A stretch of DNA of 64,000 nucleotides from Candidatus Woesearchaeota archaeon (GTDB taxonomy: Archaea; Nanobdellota; Nanobdellia; Woesearchaeales; GW2011-AR4): the NCBI GenBank assembly GCA_018303655.1, contig JAGVXT010000022.1, positions 2,633-66,632 on the forward strand, in the 5' to 3' direction. The notes below the pieces were generated by a model. The model worked only from the letters and a program-made list of their open reading frames with translations, was not told the DNA's origin and did no database searches. This document shows positions 39,312-48,297 of the stretch, one piece after another. The position numbers and the translations under genes were made by a program. Positions within the stretch are counted from its first letter, which is position 1, and each line of letters begins with the position of its first letter.

Positions 39312-40298
39312 CTAATTATGCTTAAAGAACTCCTTATACCAGCTGATGGTCTTTTTCAGGCCATCATCAATCTGGGTGCCTGCTTTCCATCCAAGCATTT
39401 TGCTGGCTTTGCCACAATCCAGATACTGCTTCTTTATCTCATTTTTTGCCTCTGCAAGAATCTTCGGCTTCATCTTTGAATCGGAAATTTTAAGTATCTT
39501 ATTGACCAGCTCAATCACGCTCATCGGATTTTCAGGGCCAAAATTAAAGGCATTTCCCTGTATCTCTTTTCTATCCAGCGCTTCTGCCAGCGTCAAAAAT
39601 GCATCAACAGTGTCCTCGACATAAAAATAGTCCCTTATGTAGGTTCCGTCGCTTCTTATTACGGGGTTTTCATTTTGCAGTATGGATTTTATTGTGCCGG
39701 GCACAATCCTGCTGAAATTCAAATCTCCTCCCCCATATATGTTGCCGCATCTTGCTATCCCTATAGGCATTTTATAAGTATGCGCATATGCCTGTGCAAT
39801 CAGATCGCAGCAGCTTTTTGAGACATCATACGGATGCAGCCCTGACAAAGGGGAACAATCTTCCTTGTATGGCAGGTTTTTCTGATCGCCATATGCCTTA
39901 TCGCTTGAAGATATAACAATTCTTTTTGCCAATATATTATTTTGCAATGCCTCCAGTAAATTCCATGTTCCCCTGATGTTAGCCTCAAAAGTTGGCAAAG
40001 GGCTTCTGTTGGCAGCCTGGACTATTGCCTGCGCAGCAAGGTGAAAGCAGGTGTCAATCTCGTACTCATTCAATGCCCTCTCAACTGTCCAATAATCTTC
40101 TAAGCTTCCATGGACAATATTGACTTTTTTGATTAAACCCGAATGCTCCAGCTCTGATTTTGGCACATGGTCTCTTTTTAAAATTGTTACATTGGCATTG
40201 TCTTTAAGCAGCCTCTTCACAAGCCAGCTTCCCAATATGCCGGTTGCTCCTGTTACAAATACATTTTTGCCTTTCCAGTACCCAGAATTTTTTTCCAT
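39312..40298 (-). CDS. rfbG: CDP-glucose 4,6-dehydratase
   Basis: [26 protein letters not shown] and YDVSKSC. ATG 40298 (MEKNSGYW) is chosen. The ORF-track start at 40421 would overlap rfbF by 116 nt. Confidence 0.8.
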   Translation of the reverse strand: MEKNSGYWKGKNVFVTGATGILGSWLVKRLLKDNANVTILKRDHVPKSELEHSGLIKKVNIVHGSLEDYWTVERALNEYEIDTCFHLAAQAIVQAANRSPLPTFEANIRGTWNLLEALQNNILAKRIVISSSDKAYGDQKNLPYKEDCSPLSGLHPYDVSKSCCDLIAQAYAHTYKMPIGIARCGNIYGGGDLNFSRIVPGTIKSILQNENPVIRSDGTYIRDYFYVEDTVDAFLTLAEALDRKEIQGNAFNFGPENPMSVIELVNKILKISDSKMKPKILAEAKNEIKKQYLDCGKASKMLGWKAGTQIDDGLKKTISWYKEFFKHN

Positions 40299-40305
40299 TG
40301 TAGCG

Positions 40306-41094
40306 CTAGCCTTTCCATACTTTCCATGGCGCTTCATTCTTCTGCCATAATTCATTAAGCATGTCAACCTGCTGCTGGATATCCATGCATTGCCAAAAGC
40401 CATTATGCATGTAGGCAACAAACTGCTTGTCTTTTGCCAGCATTTTCAAAGGCTTATTCTCAAGCATGCAGTCATTGTCCATTGTCAAATAATCAAATAT
40501 GTGCTTTTTGAAGATAAAATAGCCGCCGTCAATCCTGCTGCCATGCACAATGTCCCTTTTTGTAAAATCAACCACCATGCCGTTTTGCAGCTGAAGCACA
40601 CCGAATTTTGCCAATGGCGTAACAGCGGTGACCGTTGCTATTTTGCCATGCTTCTTGTGGAACATGGACAGCTTGCTTATGTCAACATCAGAAACCCCAT
40701 CTCCATAAGTCAAAAAGAAGCTGTCTTCATCAATATATTTCTCTATCTTCTTGACCCTTCCGCCTGTGCCCGTGTCCAGGCCGGTATCGGCAAAAGTGAT
40801 GCTCCACTCGTCAGGCTTTTTATTTGAGTGATATTTCACATTTTTTGTTTTTGTGTTGAATGTGACATCAGTCTGATACATATCCAAATTCAGGAAGAAA
40901 TCCTTTATCATCTGCCCTTTGTAGCCCAGGCACAGGACAAAATCTTTTACCCCGTAATGTGAATATATCTTCATTATATGCCACAAAATTGGCATCCCTC
41001 CAACCTCTATCAATGGCTTTGGCTTAAATTCAGTTTCATCCCTTAATCTGGTACCGCGGCCACCGCATAAAATTACAGCTTTCATAAACTTCAT
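40306..41094 (-). CDS. rfbF: Glucose-1-phosphate cytidylyltransferase
   Basis: [44 protein letters not shown] and GFWQCMD. RfbF/DdhA signature. Confidence 0.85.
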   Translation of the reverse strand: MKFMKAVILCGGRGTRLRDETEFKPKPLIEVGGMPILWHIMKIYSHYGVKDFVLCLGYKGQMIKDFFLNLDMYQTDVTFNTKTKNVKYHSNKKPDEWSITFADTGLDTGTGGRVKKIEKYIDEDSFFLTYGDGVSDVDISKLSMFHKKHGKIATVTAVTPLAKFGVLQLQNGMVVDFTKRDIVHGSRIDGGYFIFKKHIFDYLTMDNDCMLENKPLKMLAKDKQFVAYMHNGFWQCMDIQQQVDMLNELWQKNEAPWKVWKG

Positions 41095-41192
41095 GACACC
41101 CCCTCGAACATCTTAATTGGCTGGATAACTTAGGCAATCTATTTAAATTTTTTCTATATGCCGGAACAGAAAATAATTCCAGCCAATCATCA

Positions 41193-42269
41193 TTAGAACG
41201 GCCCGCTAAAGCTTTCATCAGGAACATCCAGATGCTTTGGATCTTTTTTCCGTTCGGATTCAAGCAGCTTCTCAACTTCATTTGAAGGCTTGCCAAGCAT
41301 TTCACATACTTTTTGTATTATGTTTATATGCCTAGGATAATAATATCTTGCCAAAGCAGGCGTGGATGGCGTTGGAATGTCCGGCAAGGTAATTCTTTGC
41401 GGAGCAGCGTTCAAAAATTCAAATGCCTTTTCAGACACCCTTGTTATGATCTCTCCTGCAAAACCATTAGTATAATAGCCTGAGTCTATAGCGAGCAGCT
41501 TTCCTGTTTTTTTAATAGAATTTATAATCAACGTGTCATCAAGCGGCTTTAATGTCCTTAAGTCTATAACCTCGGCTGAAATCCCGTATTTTTCAAGAAC
41601 ATTTATGGCTTTTAGGGTTTCTGCAGTCATATAAGATGTAGAGACAATAGTCAAATCTTTGCCAGAAGAAACCATTTTGGCTTTGCCTATTGGAACAGCA
41701 TACAGCTCTTCCGGCACATGCCCCCAGGTGTTATACAGCCAGCGATGCTCAATAAATACAACAGGATTATTGTCCCTTATGCTGGAAATCAGCAGTCCTT
41801 TGGCATCATAAGGAGTAGCTGGCATCACAACCTTCAATCCCGGAATATGCGCGAAAATTGCCTGAAGATTCTGGGAATGCTGCGCACCCTGGCCCCATCC
41901 CATGCCTATTATAGCCCTGAAAACCAAAGGCACATTTGCTTTGCCCCCAAACATGTAATGCCATTTGGCAGCGTTGTTCACAATCTGGTCAAACGCCAGC
42001 AAAAGAAAATCAAGCCTTAAATGAACCATGATTGGCCGCATCCCCATTAATGCAGCGCCAATGCAAACCCCGCTCATGCCGTTTTCAGACAAAGGCATGT
42101 CCATGACCCTATTCCCGTATTTTTCTGCCAATCCTTTGGTTGTTCCAAAAACGGATTTGATGTCAGGCACCCCTTCTCCAATCACAAACACAGATGGATC
42201 ATCTTCCATACTCTGGTCTATCGCTTCCCTTATCGCTTCACCATACGTAATTTTACGCATATTTGGCAT
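41193..42269 (-). CDS. Thiamine-diphosphate-dependent 2-oxoacid dehydrogenase E1 component, beta subunit-like
   Basis: ITYGEAIREAI, FVIGEGV, DMPLSENGMSGVCIGAALMGMRPI and HSQN. Transketolase pyrimidine-binding plus C-terminal domain. Confidence 0.8.
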   Translation of the reverse strand: MPNMRKITYGEAIREAIDQSMEDDPSVFVIGEGVPDIKSVFGTTKGLAEKYGNRVMDMPLSENGMSGVCIGAALMGMRPIMVHLRLDFLLLAFDQIVNNAAKWHYMFGGKANVPLVFRAIIGMGWGQGAQHSQNLQAIFAHIPGLKVVMPATPYDAKGLLISSIRDNNPVVFIEHRWLYNTWGHVPEELYAVPIGKAKMVSSGKDLTIVSTSYMTAETLKAINVLEKYGISAEVIDLRTLKPLDDTLIINSIKKTGKLLAIDSGYYTNGFAGEIITRVSEKAFEFLNAAPQRITLPDIPTPSTPALARYYYPRHINIIQKVCEMLGKPSNEVEKLLESERKKDPKHLDVPDESFSGPF

Positions 42270-42287
42270 AGTTTTTCACATTAAATT

Positions 42288-43301
42288 TTATTCAGCATAA
42301 ACATGCTTTGAGAGGCTTTCTTTTTCAGGAAAAGGGCTGTTCTTTGCGAATTTCACGGCATTGTTTACCTTATCCAGTATTTCAAGCTCGATTTTTTCAA
42401 GCAAATCATTTCCTATTATTTTTTCTTTAATCATTTTTTCCTTAAGCATTTTTATAGGGTCTTTTTTTTTCCATTCAATGACCTCTTCTTCTGTCCTGTA
42501 ACCCAGATTAACATCATCATTGGGTCCGCAGTGCTCCAGCCACCTGTACGTCATGCATTCTATCAGCACAGGGCCTTTGCCGGATTTGATGTGCCTGAGC
42601 GCTTCTTTAGCTGCTTCGCATACTTTCAGTACATCATTGCCATCTGCTTGGCAAGCAAGAATATCATGCCCCTGGGCTATTTTGAATATTTCCCTTTGCG
42701 GCTGGCGGTCTTTCAAAGGGGTAAGGACAGAATAGAGATTATTCTCGCATATGAAAAGAACATTCAGCTTGTGCAATGAAGAAAAATTTACAGTCTCGCT
42801 GAAAACACCTTCTTCCACAGCAGAGTCGCCAAAGAAAGCAACTGAAACATTATTCTTATTTTGAAATTTGGAAGCCAATGCAGATCCTGCGGTAAGAGGT
42901 ATGGTGCCTCCAACAATAGGGGTGGCTCCTATAAAATTGGCAGAAAGGTCTATGAGGTGCATTGAGCCTCCCCTGCCTTTTGAGCATCCCTCGGCTTTTC
43001 CATAAAGTTCAGCAAGCATGCGGTTTATATCGCCGCCTTTGGCAATATAATGGCTGTGCGCCCGATGATTGGAAAATACAGTATCTTCTTTAGATAAATT
43101 CATGCAAACTCCGACAGCAACAGCTTCCTGGCCAATGGATAAGTGAACAGGGCATCTCATCTCTCTTTCCGAGTATAATTCAGCAATCTTTTCTTCAACA
43201 CGCCTGATCAACAGCATATTTTTATAAGAATCTATAAGAAAACCAGCATTTGCTCCTTTGCCTGAAATGTCCCCATGAACCACTCCCATTCTGGGCTTCA
43301 A
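42288..43301 (-). CDS. Thiamine-diphosphate-dependent 2-oxoacid dehydrogenase E1 component, alpha subunit-like
   Basis: MLLIRRVEEKI, GQEAVAVG, GGSMH and FFGDSAVEEGVFSETVNFSSLHKLNVLFICENNLYS (the GDG-x-N TPP motif). Confidence 0.8.
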   Translation of the reverse strand: MKPRMGVVHGDISGKGANAGFLIDSYKNMLLIRRVEEKIAELYSEREMRCPVHLSIGQEAVAVGVCMNLSKEDTVFSNHRAHSHYIAKGGDINRMLAELYGKAEGCSKGRGGSMHLIDLSANFIGATPIVGGTIPLTAGSALASKFQNKNNVSVAFFGDSAVEEGVFSETVNFSSLHKLNVLFICENNLYSVLTPLKDRQPQREIFKIAQGHDILACQADGNDVLKVCEAAKEALRHIKSGKGPVLIECMTYRWLEHCGPNDDVNLGYRTEEEVIEWKKKDPIKMLKEKMIKEKIIGNDLLEKIELEILDKVNNAVKFAKNSPFPEKESLSKHVYAE

Positions 43302-43325
43302 AAATAACCACGAATTTATAAAACT

Positions 43326-44024
43326 TTAGTCAAAAAGCCTGTATTTCAGCAAATAAAAGGCAGCCTTTATCCCATCAATCCATGTAATTTTTTTGCCTTG
43401 CTCAAACTTTCTTCCAACAAAATTTATGGGAACCTCATGGATTTTGCAGCCTTTCTTAAGTATTTTTGCCGTGATTTCAGGCTCAAAATCAAAGCGGTTA
43501 GCCTTTAAATTTATGCCCTTAATCACTTCTCTTGTGAATACCTTGTAGCAGGTTTCCATGTCAGTTATCTTTGTACCATATAACAGGTTTGTCAGCAATG
43601 TAAGAAACAAATTGCCAATATAGTGCAGCTTGTACATGCTTTTTGCATTTTTTCTTATGGATTCCAGTCTTGAGCCATAAACAACCTTTGCCTTGTTTTC
43701 CATAATCGGCTTTAATAATTTTGAATAGTCATTGGGATCGTACTCCAAGTCAGCATCCTGGATTATTATCAAATCTCCAGTTGAGTTTTTTATGCCTGTT
43801 CTTATAGCGGCGCCTTTCCCCATATTTTTTTTATGATAGAAGACTTTTAGTGATTTATTTTCCAAATTTTTCAGAATATTCCCCGTATTGTCTGTTGAGA
43901 AGTCATCAACTACAATTATTTCTTTCTTAATATTCCATATTCTTGCCCTTTTTACCCTGCCTATGATTTTTTTTATAGTCTTTTCTTCATTGTAAACAGG
44001 GATTATAACCGAAAGCTTTGCCAT
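43326..44024 (-). CDS. Family 2 glycosyltransferase
   Basis: MAKLSVIIPVYNEEKTI, VVDDFSTDNT and IQDADLEYDP. ATG 44024 is chosen because 44078 would overlap hldC. Confidence 0.8.
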   Translation of the reverse strand: MAKLSVIIPVYNEEKTIKKIIGRVKRARIWNIKKEIIVVDDFSTDNTGNILKNLENKSLKVFYHKKNMGKGAAIRTGIKNSTGDLIIIQDADLEYDPNDYSKLLKPIMENKAKVVYGSRLESIRKNAKSMYKLHYIGNLFLTLLTNLLYGTKITDMETCYKVFTREVIKGINLKANRFDFEPEITAKILKKGCKIHEVPINFVGRKFEQGKKITWIDGIKAAFYLLKYRLFD

Positions 44025-44055
44025 AGCGCAGAAAAACTGTAAAATATTTAAAAAA

Positions 44056-44547
44056 CTATTGATTTCTATAAGCGTCAAGAATCCTGCTTATCAGCCCTGT
44101 TGTGGAGTATCCTTTTTCCACTTTGGCGATTGCAATTTTTCCGTTATTTTTCTCTACAACACCTTTCTCAATAATCTGATGGATTTTATAATCCCCGGCT
44201 TTCACATGAAAATCAGGCTTTATCTTTTCCAGCCATTTTACAGGATCATTTTCATCAAAAAGGAAAACAAAATCAACGCTTTCCAATGCAGCCAGCACAA
44301 AAATTCTTGACTTTTCATCATTAATCGGCCTCTTGTCGCCTTTGTTTATCTTTACAGATTTGTCTGTGTTGACCCCAACAATTAAAAAATCCCCAAGCTT
44401 CTTTGCCTCCTCAAGATATTTAACATGCCCAAGATGGAGAATATCAAAAACGCCGTTTGTTGTCACAATTTTTTTATTTTGTTTTTTTAGTTTATTGACT
44501 ATGGGAATTAATTTTTTTAATGTGATGATTTTTTTATTGATTGTCAT
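44056..44547 (-). CDS. hldC: D-glycero-beta-D-manno-heptose 1-phosphate adenylyltransferase (RfaE domain II type)
   Basis: KIVTTNGVFDILHLGHVKYLEEAKKLGDFLIVGVNTD. Cytidylyltransferase-fold HxGH motif at stand-alone size (163 aa). Confidence 0.8.
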   Translation of the reverse strand: MTINKKIITLKKLIPIVNKLKKQNKKIVTTNGVFDILHLGHVKYLEEAKKLGDFLIVGVNTDKSVKINKGDKRPINDEKSRIFVLAALESVDFVFLFDENDPVKWLEKIKPDFHVKAGDYKIHQIIEKGVVEKNNGKIAIAKVEKGYSTTGLISRILDAYRNQ

Positions 44548-45064
44548 TTTTAACTATCCATTTGGCAGCTTCCATCAAGTCCTTAGCTATGAAATCAGGC
44601 TTGGCCTCTTTTATTGTCTTTTTTCCGTCACCAGTCAATACAAGTATGGATTTGCAGTTCGCATTTTTTCCTAATTCAACATCGGCTTTTTTGTCCCCAA
44701 TGACAAAGGATTTCTTCAAATCTATCCTGAATTTTTTCTCTGCAACCTTTAAAAATTTTGTTTTTGGCTTCCTGCAGCTGCAGTTATCTTCCGGCTTGTG
44801 CGGGCAGTAATATGTTTTTTCTATTTTTATGTTGTGTTTTTTCAATTCAGCTAAAACTTCTTTATTATAATTGAAAAACTCCTTTAGTGTAAAAAAGCCC
44901 TTTCCTATGCCAGACTGATTTGTGACTATGAATATTTTAAAATTTCTTAATAGCTTCAGGCCTTTAACCGCATTTGGCAACAGCTTGAAATCCCCTATTT
45001 TGTGGGCATATCCAATGTCATGCGTGATTGTGCCGTCCCTGTCGATAAAAACAGCTGCTGTCAT
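44534..45064 (-). CDS. gmhB: D-glycero-D-manno-heptose 1,7-bisphosphate phosphatase
   Basis: AVFIDRDGTI, VTNQSGIGKG, CPHKPEDNCSCRKP (Zn loop) and GDKKAD. HAD-IIIA GmhB signature. Confidence 0.85.
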   Translation of the reverse strand: MTAAVFIDRDGTITHDIGYAHKIGDFKLLPNAVKGLKLLRNFKIFIVTNQSGIGKGFFTLKEFFNYNKEVLAELKKHNIKIEKTYYCPHKPEDNCSCRKPKTKFLKVAEKKFRIDLKKSFVIGDKKADVELGKNANCKSILVLTGDGKKTIKEAKPDFIAKDLMEAAKWIVKNDNQ

Positions 45065-46035
45065 AATTCCTCAATTCCCCTTTTGATTTCCTCAATGCTG
45101 ACAGAGGCGGTCCCTATTTTCCCGACTTTTATTCCGGCTGCAATGTTTGCTATTACTGCAGCCTCCTCAAGGCTTGCTCCTGATGCAAGCGCAAGCGCTA
45201 TCGCGGCAACAACAGTGTCGCCTGCGCCTATTAAGCTGTAAACTTCCTTGGCTTTTGCAGGAATATGCACAACCTTTCCGTCTTTCTCGAACAAAGACAT
45301 GCCTTTTTCCCCCCTTGTGATCAAAACATTTGAATTAAGGTATTTCATAAGCTTGGGGCCCATCTCCAATACAGCATCGTCGCTGCCATCCTCAATGCCT
45401 GTCATCTCGCTTGCTTCTGCATTATTTGGAGTAATCAAGGTAGCATTTGAGTAAAGATCCCTGTGCTTTGGCTTTGGATCTACTATCACAGGCTTGTTGC
45501 TGCTCCTTGCCATTTCAATAAGCCTGCCGCACACAGCTTGATTTATAACGCCCTTTGCATAGTCGGAAATAACCACAACATCCACATCTTTGATTGCATT
45601 TTCTAGAAATTTTACCATATCTTTTTCTATATTTTGATGGATATTATCTTTCTTTTCATAGTCAACCCTCAGCAGCTGCTGGCTTCTTCCGACAATTCTC
45701 ACTTTTTGAGTTGTTGGCTTGTCGGCGTCGATAATAATTCCATCTGTGTTGACGCCCATGCCCTTCAATTCCCTGATAAGAATATTTTTTGCTTCGTCAT
45801 TTCCCGCAATGCCTGCCATGTAAACTTTTCCGTTTAGAGCAGATGCATTGCTTGCAACATTGGAAGCGCCACCAGGCGCATATGTTTCTTTTGATACATT
45901 TACAACCTGAACAGGGGCTTCAGGGCTTATCCTTGAGACATCCCCCCAGATGTATTTGTCAAGCATGATGTCGCCTATTACGAGGATTTTTTTATTTTTA
46001 AAATTTTCCAGTATTTTTAACAGCCTTTGCTTCAT
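45061..46035 (-). CDS. hldA: D-glycero-D-manno-heptose 7-phosphate kinase (RfaE domain I type, PfkB family)
   Basis: ILVIGDIMLDKYIWGDVSRISPEAPVQVVNV, GGASNVASN and GAGDTVVA. Confidence 0.8.
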   Translation of the reverse strand: MKQRLLKILENFKNKKILVIGDIMLDKYIWGDVSRISPEAPVQVVNVSKETYAPGGASNVASNASALNGKVYMAGIAGNDEAKNILIRELKGMGVNTDGIIIDADKPTTQKVRIVGRSQQLLRVDYEKKDNIHQNIEKDMVKFLENAIKDVDVVVISDYAKGVINQAVCGRLIEMARSSNKPVIVDPKPKHRDLYSNATLITPNNAEASEMTGIEDGSDDAVLEMGPKLMKYLNSNVLITRGEKGMSLFEKDGKVVHIPAKAKEVYSLIGAGDTVVAAIALALASGASLEEAAVIANIAAGIKVGKIGTASVSIEEIKRGIEEL

Positions 46036-46036
46036 T

Positions 46037-46948
46037 TCAAATCCCCTCCATTACCGCCCTGTGCAGTGTTGGAACTGTTTTTTCATGCTTTTCAATGATT
46101 ATAAATCCTTTTCCCCCCAATGAAGTCGGCCTCTGGACAACATTCTCCCTTGGCCTGTAATGGTCTATCATGTCAAAGTTTGCCGCTGTTATGTTTTCAA
46201 CTTTATAGCCAAGATTTCTTGCGATTGTCAAAGCTTTTAGAAAAACTTCCGGCAGTATTACAGCGCAGCCTATGTTTAATATGACACCGCCTTCCATCCT
46301 GCTTACGCTTTCTGCAAAAATTTTAAAATCTTTATATGAAGTCTTTCCGACAGCAGCGCCGTCGCAGCTGGGATGCTGGTGTATAATGTCAGTTCCGATT
46401 GCAACATGCACAGTAACTGGAATATTTAAGTTGTATGCATTATATAAAATGCTGCATTCCTTGTTTGGAAGATTTAAATCGCTTATTTTCTTTCCAATGG
46501 AATAACCCAAGCCATAATTATTTTCAGCGCCTTCCTTGATTGCCTCATTTAGCATTCTGCCGGTTTCCTCTATCATTCCAAATGTGCCGTATTCAATTGT
46601 CTGCTCAACATATTCTGAAGTTTCTCCAATCAAAGCCAATTCAAAATCATGGATTGGGCCTGCGCCGTTCATTGCAATGTGCTTTATAACCCCTTTTTTC
46701 ATCAGGTCAATTATCAAAAGGCTCATGCCTACCTTGATAACATGGGCTCCCATCATCAGGATAATTTGCTTTTTGTTTTTGTAAGCATTGATTATATGAT
46801 TTGACAATTCATTGAACTCTTTTGTATTTATCAAAACTTTAGAATTTTCAGGCTTGATCAAATCATTCAATTTTACCTTATTTTTCCTTTTTTTTATGGA
46901 GATTGTTTTTATCCTGCTGAAGTCAAGCATTTTTATCACTTTTTCCAT
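46037..46948 (-). CDS. Conserved-looking protein of unknown function embedded in the heptose operon
   Basis: 303 aa and soluble, with MMGAHVIKVGMS, NGAGPIHDFELALIG and HVAIGTDIIHQHP. Only a vague resemblance to the deoxyhypusine-synthase-like Rossmann fold by eye. Ends 1 nt before the hldA start. Confidence 0.4.
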   Translation of the reverse strand: MEKVIKMLDFSRIKTISIKKRKNKVKLNDLIKPENSKVLINTKEFNELSNHIINAYKNKKQIILMMGAHVIKVGMSLLIIDLMKKGVIKHIAMNGAGPIHDFELALIGETSEYVEQTIEYGTFGMIEETGRMLNEAIKEGAENNYGLGYSIGKKISDLNLPNKECSILYNAYNLNIPVTVHVAIGTDIIHQHPSCDGAAVGKTSYKDFKIFAESVSRMEGGVILNIGCAVILPEVFLKALTIARNLGYKVENITAANFDMIDHYRPRENVVQRPTSLGGKGFIIIEKHEKTVPTLHRAVMEGI

Positions 46949-47187
46949 TTTTGTAATATAAGCATAAAAATAATTATGGCGATAAATATAATCGCGGTTA
47001 TTATTATCAACAATTTTTTTCTTAATAATAGAGATGTTATCAGCAATAATATATCAATGATTAGAATCAAATCTAGGTAAAAAATAGTTTTACCCTTTTC
47101 GTACGAGTCGACTAAAAATCCAACTTCTTTCCAAACCATTTTATTAAAAAATCTATCTTTTTTATTTTCCAAACAATTCTTTTTCAA
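46936..47187 (-). CDS. Small membrane protein
   Basis: 83 aa with two hydrophobic segments. Overlaps both neighbours in the same-strand gene string. Confidence 0.35.
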   Translation of the reverse strand: MKKNCLENKKDRFFNKMVWKEVGFLVDSYEKGKTIFYLDLILIIDILLLITSLLLRKKLLIIITAIIFIAIIIFMLILQKWKK

Positions 47188-47728
47188 CTAATTCACAAAT
47201 AATATGTCCTGCTAGCATGTAACCCTCCTGAATTCTTGGAGTATCATTGGAGGGTACATTTAAACAAATATCTACTTTATTTTTCAATACTCCCCCACTT
47301 TTGCCTGTAAATGCAACAGTGATTCCTCCTAACTCTTTGGCTTTCTCTATTCCTTTAATTACATTCTTTGAATTACCACTTGTGCTAATTCCTATTACAA
47401 TGTCTCCTTTTTTTACAAATCCCTCAACCTGTTTTGCAAACACATCTTCATAATCATAATCATTTCCTATAGCAGTTAAGCTTACATTATCAGTCAAAGC
47501 TATTGCAGGAAGAGATTTTCTGTTGAAATAATAACGAGATACAAACTCAGTTGCTAGATGCATACTATCAGAACAGCTGCCGCCATTACCAAATAAAATA
47601 ACTTTGCCATCATGTTTATAGCAATGTATAATCGTTTCCGCTATTTTTTGTACCGTTTCTTTGCTCCCTGATAGTCTCTCTATTGCTTCTTTATGTTCAT
47701 TTATTCTTTTTAGTATTAAATCTTCCAT
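47162..47728 (-). CDS. gmhA: Phosphoheptose (sedoheptulose-7-phosphate) isomerase
   Basis: SIS domain with GKVILFGNGGSCSDSMHLATEFVSRY and GISTSGNS. MEDLILKRINEH at 47728 matches the usual GmhA N-terminus. Confidence 0.85.
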   Translation of the reverse strand: MEDLILKRINEHKEAIERLSGSKETVQKIAETIIHCYKHDGKVILFGNGGSCSDSMHLATEFVSRYYFNRKSLPAIALTDNVSLTAIGNDYDYEDVFAKQVEGFVKKGDIVIGISTSGNSKNVIKGIEKAKELGGITVAFTGKSGGVLKNKVDICLNVPSNDTPRIQEGYMLAGHIICELVEKELFGK

Positions 47729-48254
47729 TTTTAATGTCCTCCAATATTTTATCAACATTGGCTTTTGGCTTTATGATTATAAACTTTAAGTTATTCTTCC
47801 TATACACTTCTAATTTTCCTTTCCAATCTTCTTCTGTTTCCTTACGCATGCCATCTACTTCTATAAAAACATCATTAACTAAGAAGTCTGCATATTTTGT
47901 GGAATTTGGTATGTGTGGATGTATGATGTGTCTCAAGTTATGCTCTGTTAATTTCTCGTCAACCCACAATTCCAGAGACGAATAACACAAGTGACCATCT
48001 GAAACGGTAGAATAAGTTCCGAAGCCATAAGTTCCGCTGTTTACCCACGGTTCCATATATTTTCTTGCTAATTCAGGATGATTTTTAATCCACTCTTTCT
48101 TCTTTTGACTTATTCTTTGTCTAATTGTTTTTAGGCTTACCGTAGCCGACCTTTGAGTTTCAAAGGGAAAAACATAATGAGCGAAAAAATCACATTCTAG
48201 GTGATTAGTAAGTTTAAATACTTTGTCCGCAGATGTCCAGTGGTATGCTAACAT
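47697..48254 (-). CDS. PD-(D/E)xK (Vsr/DUF559-like) nuclease-fold protein
   Basis: SSLELWVDEKL...YADFLVNDVFIEVDGM fits the S-x-x-E ... D-F ... (I/V)E(V)DG core of DUF559/Vsr-like endonucleases. Its 3' end overlaps the gmhA start by 32 nt. Confidence 0.4.
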   Translation of the reverse strand: MLAYHWTSADKVFKLTNHLECDFFAHYVFPFETQRSATVSLKTIRQRISQKKKEWIKNHPELARKYMEPWVNSGTYGFGTYSTVSDGHLCYSSLELWVDEKLTEHNLRHIIHPHIPNSTKYADFLVNDVFIEVDGMRKETEEDWKGKLEVYRKNNLKFIIIKPKANVDKILEDIKNGRFNTKKNK

Positions 48255-48297
48255 AGTATGAACTTTTCATACCTTATTTATAAACTTTTCGCTACTC

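Noticed and set aside
39312-40421. Long N-terminal extensions suggested by the ORF track (also 43326-44078, 7206-8516, 4594-5391, 47162-47758, 51277-51780, 60852-62609)
   Set aside because: The extensions overlap upstream genes or add non-conserved residues ahead of canonical family N-termini (Rossmann GxGxxG, GT2 IIPxYN, signal peptides). Internal ATGs were used instead.
41193-43301. Reading the E1 alpha/beta pair as a housekeeping pyruvate or branched-chain 2-oxoacid dehydrogenase
   Set aside because: No E2 (lipoyl acyltransferase) or E3 gene is adjacent. The pair sits in one same-strand string between a GT2 and the CDP-sugar genes. The metabolic role cannot be fully excluded without the rest of the genome.
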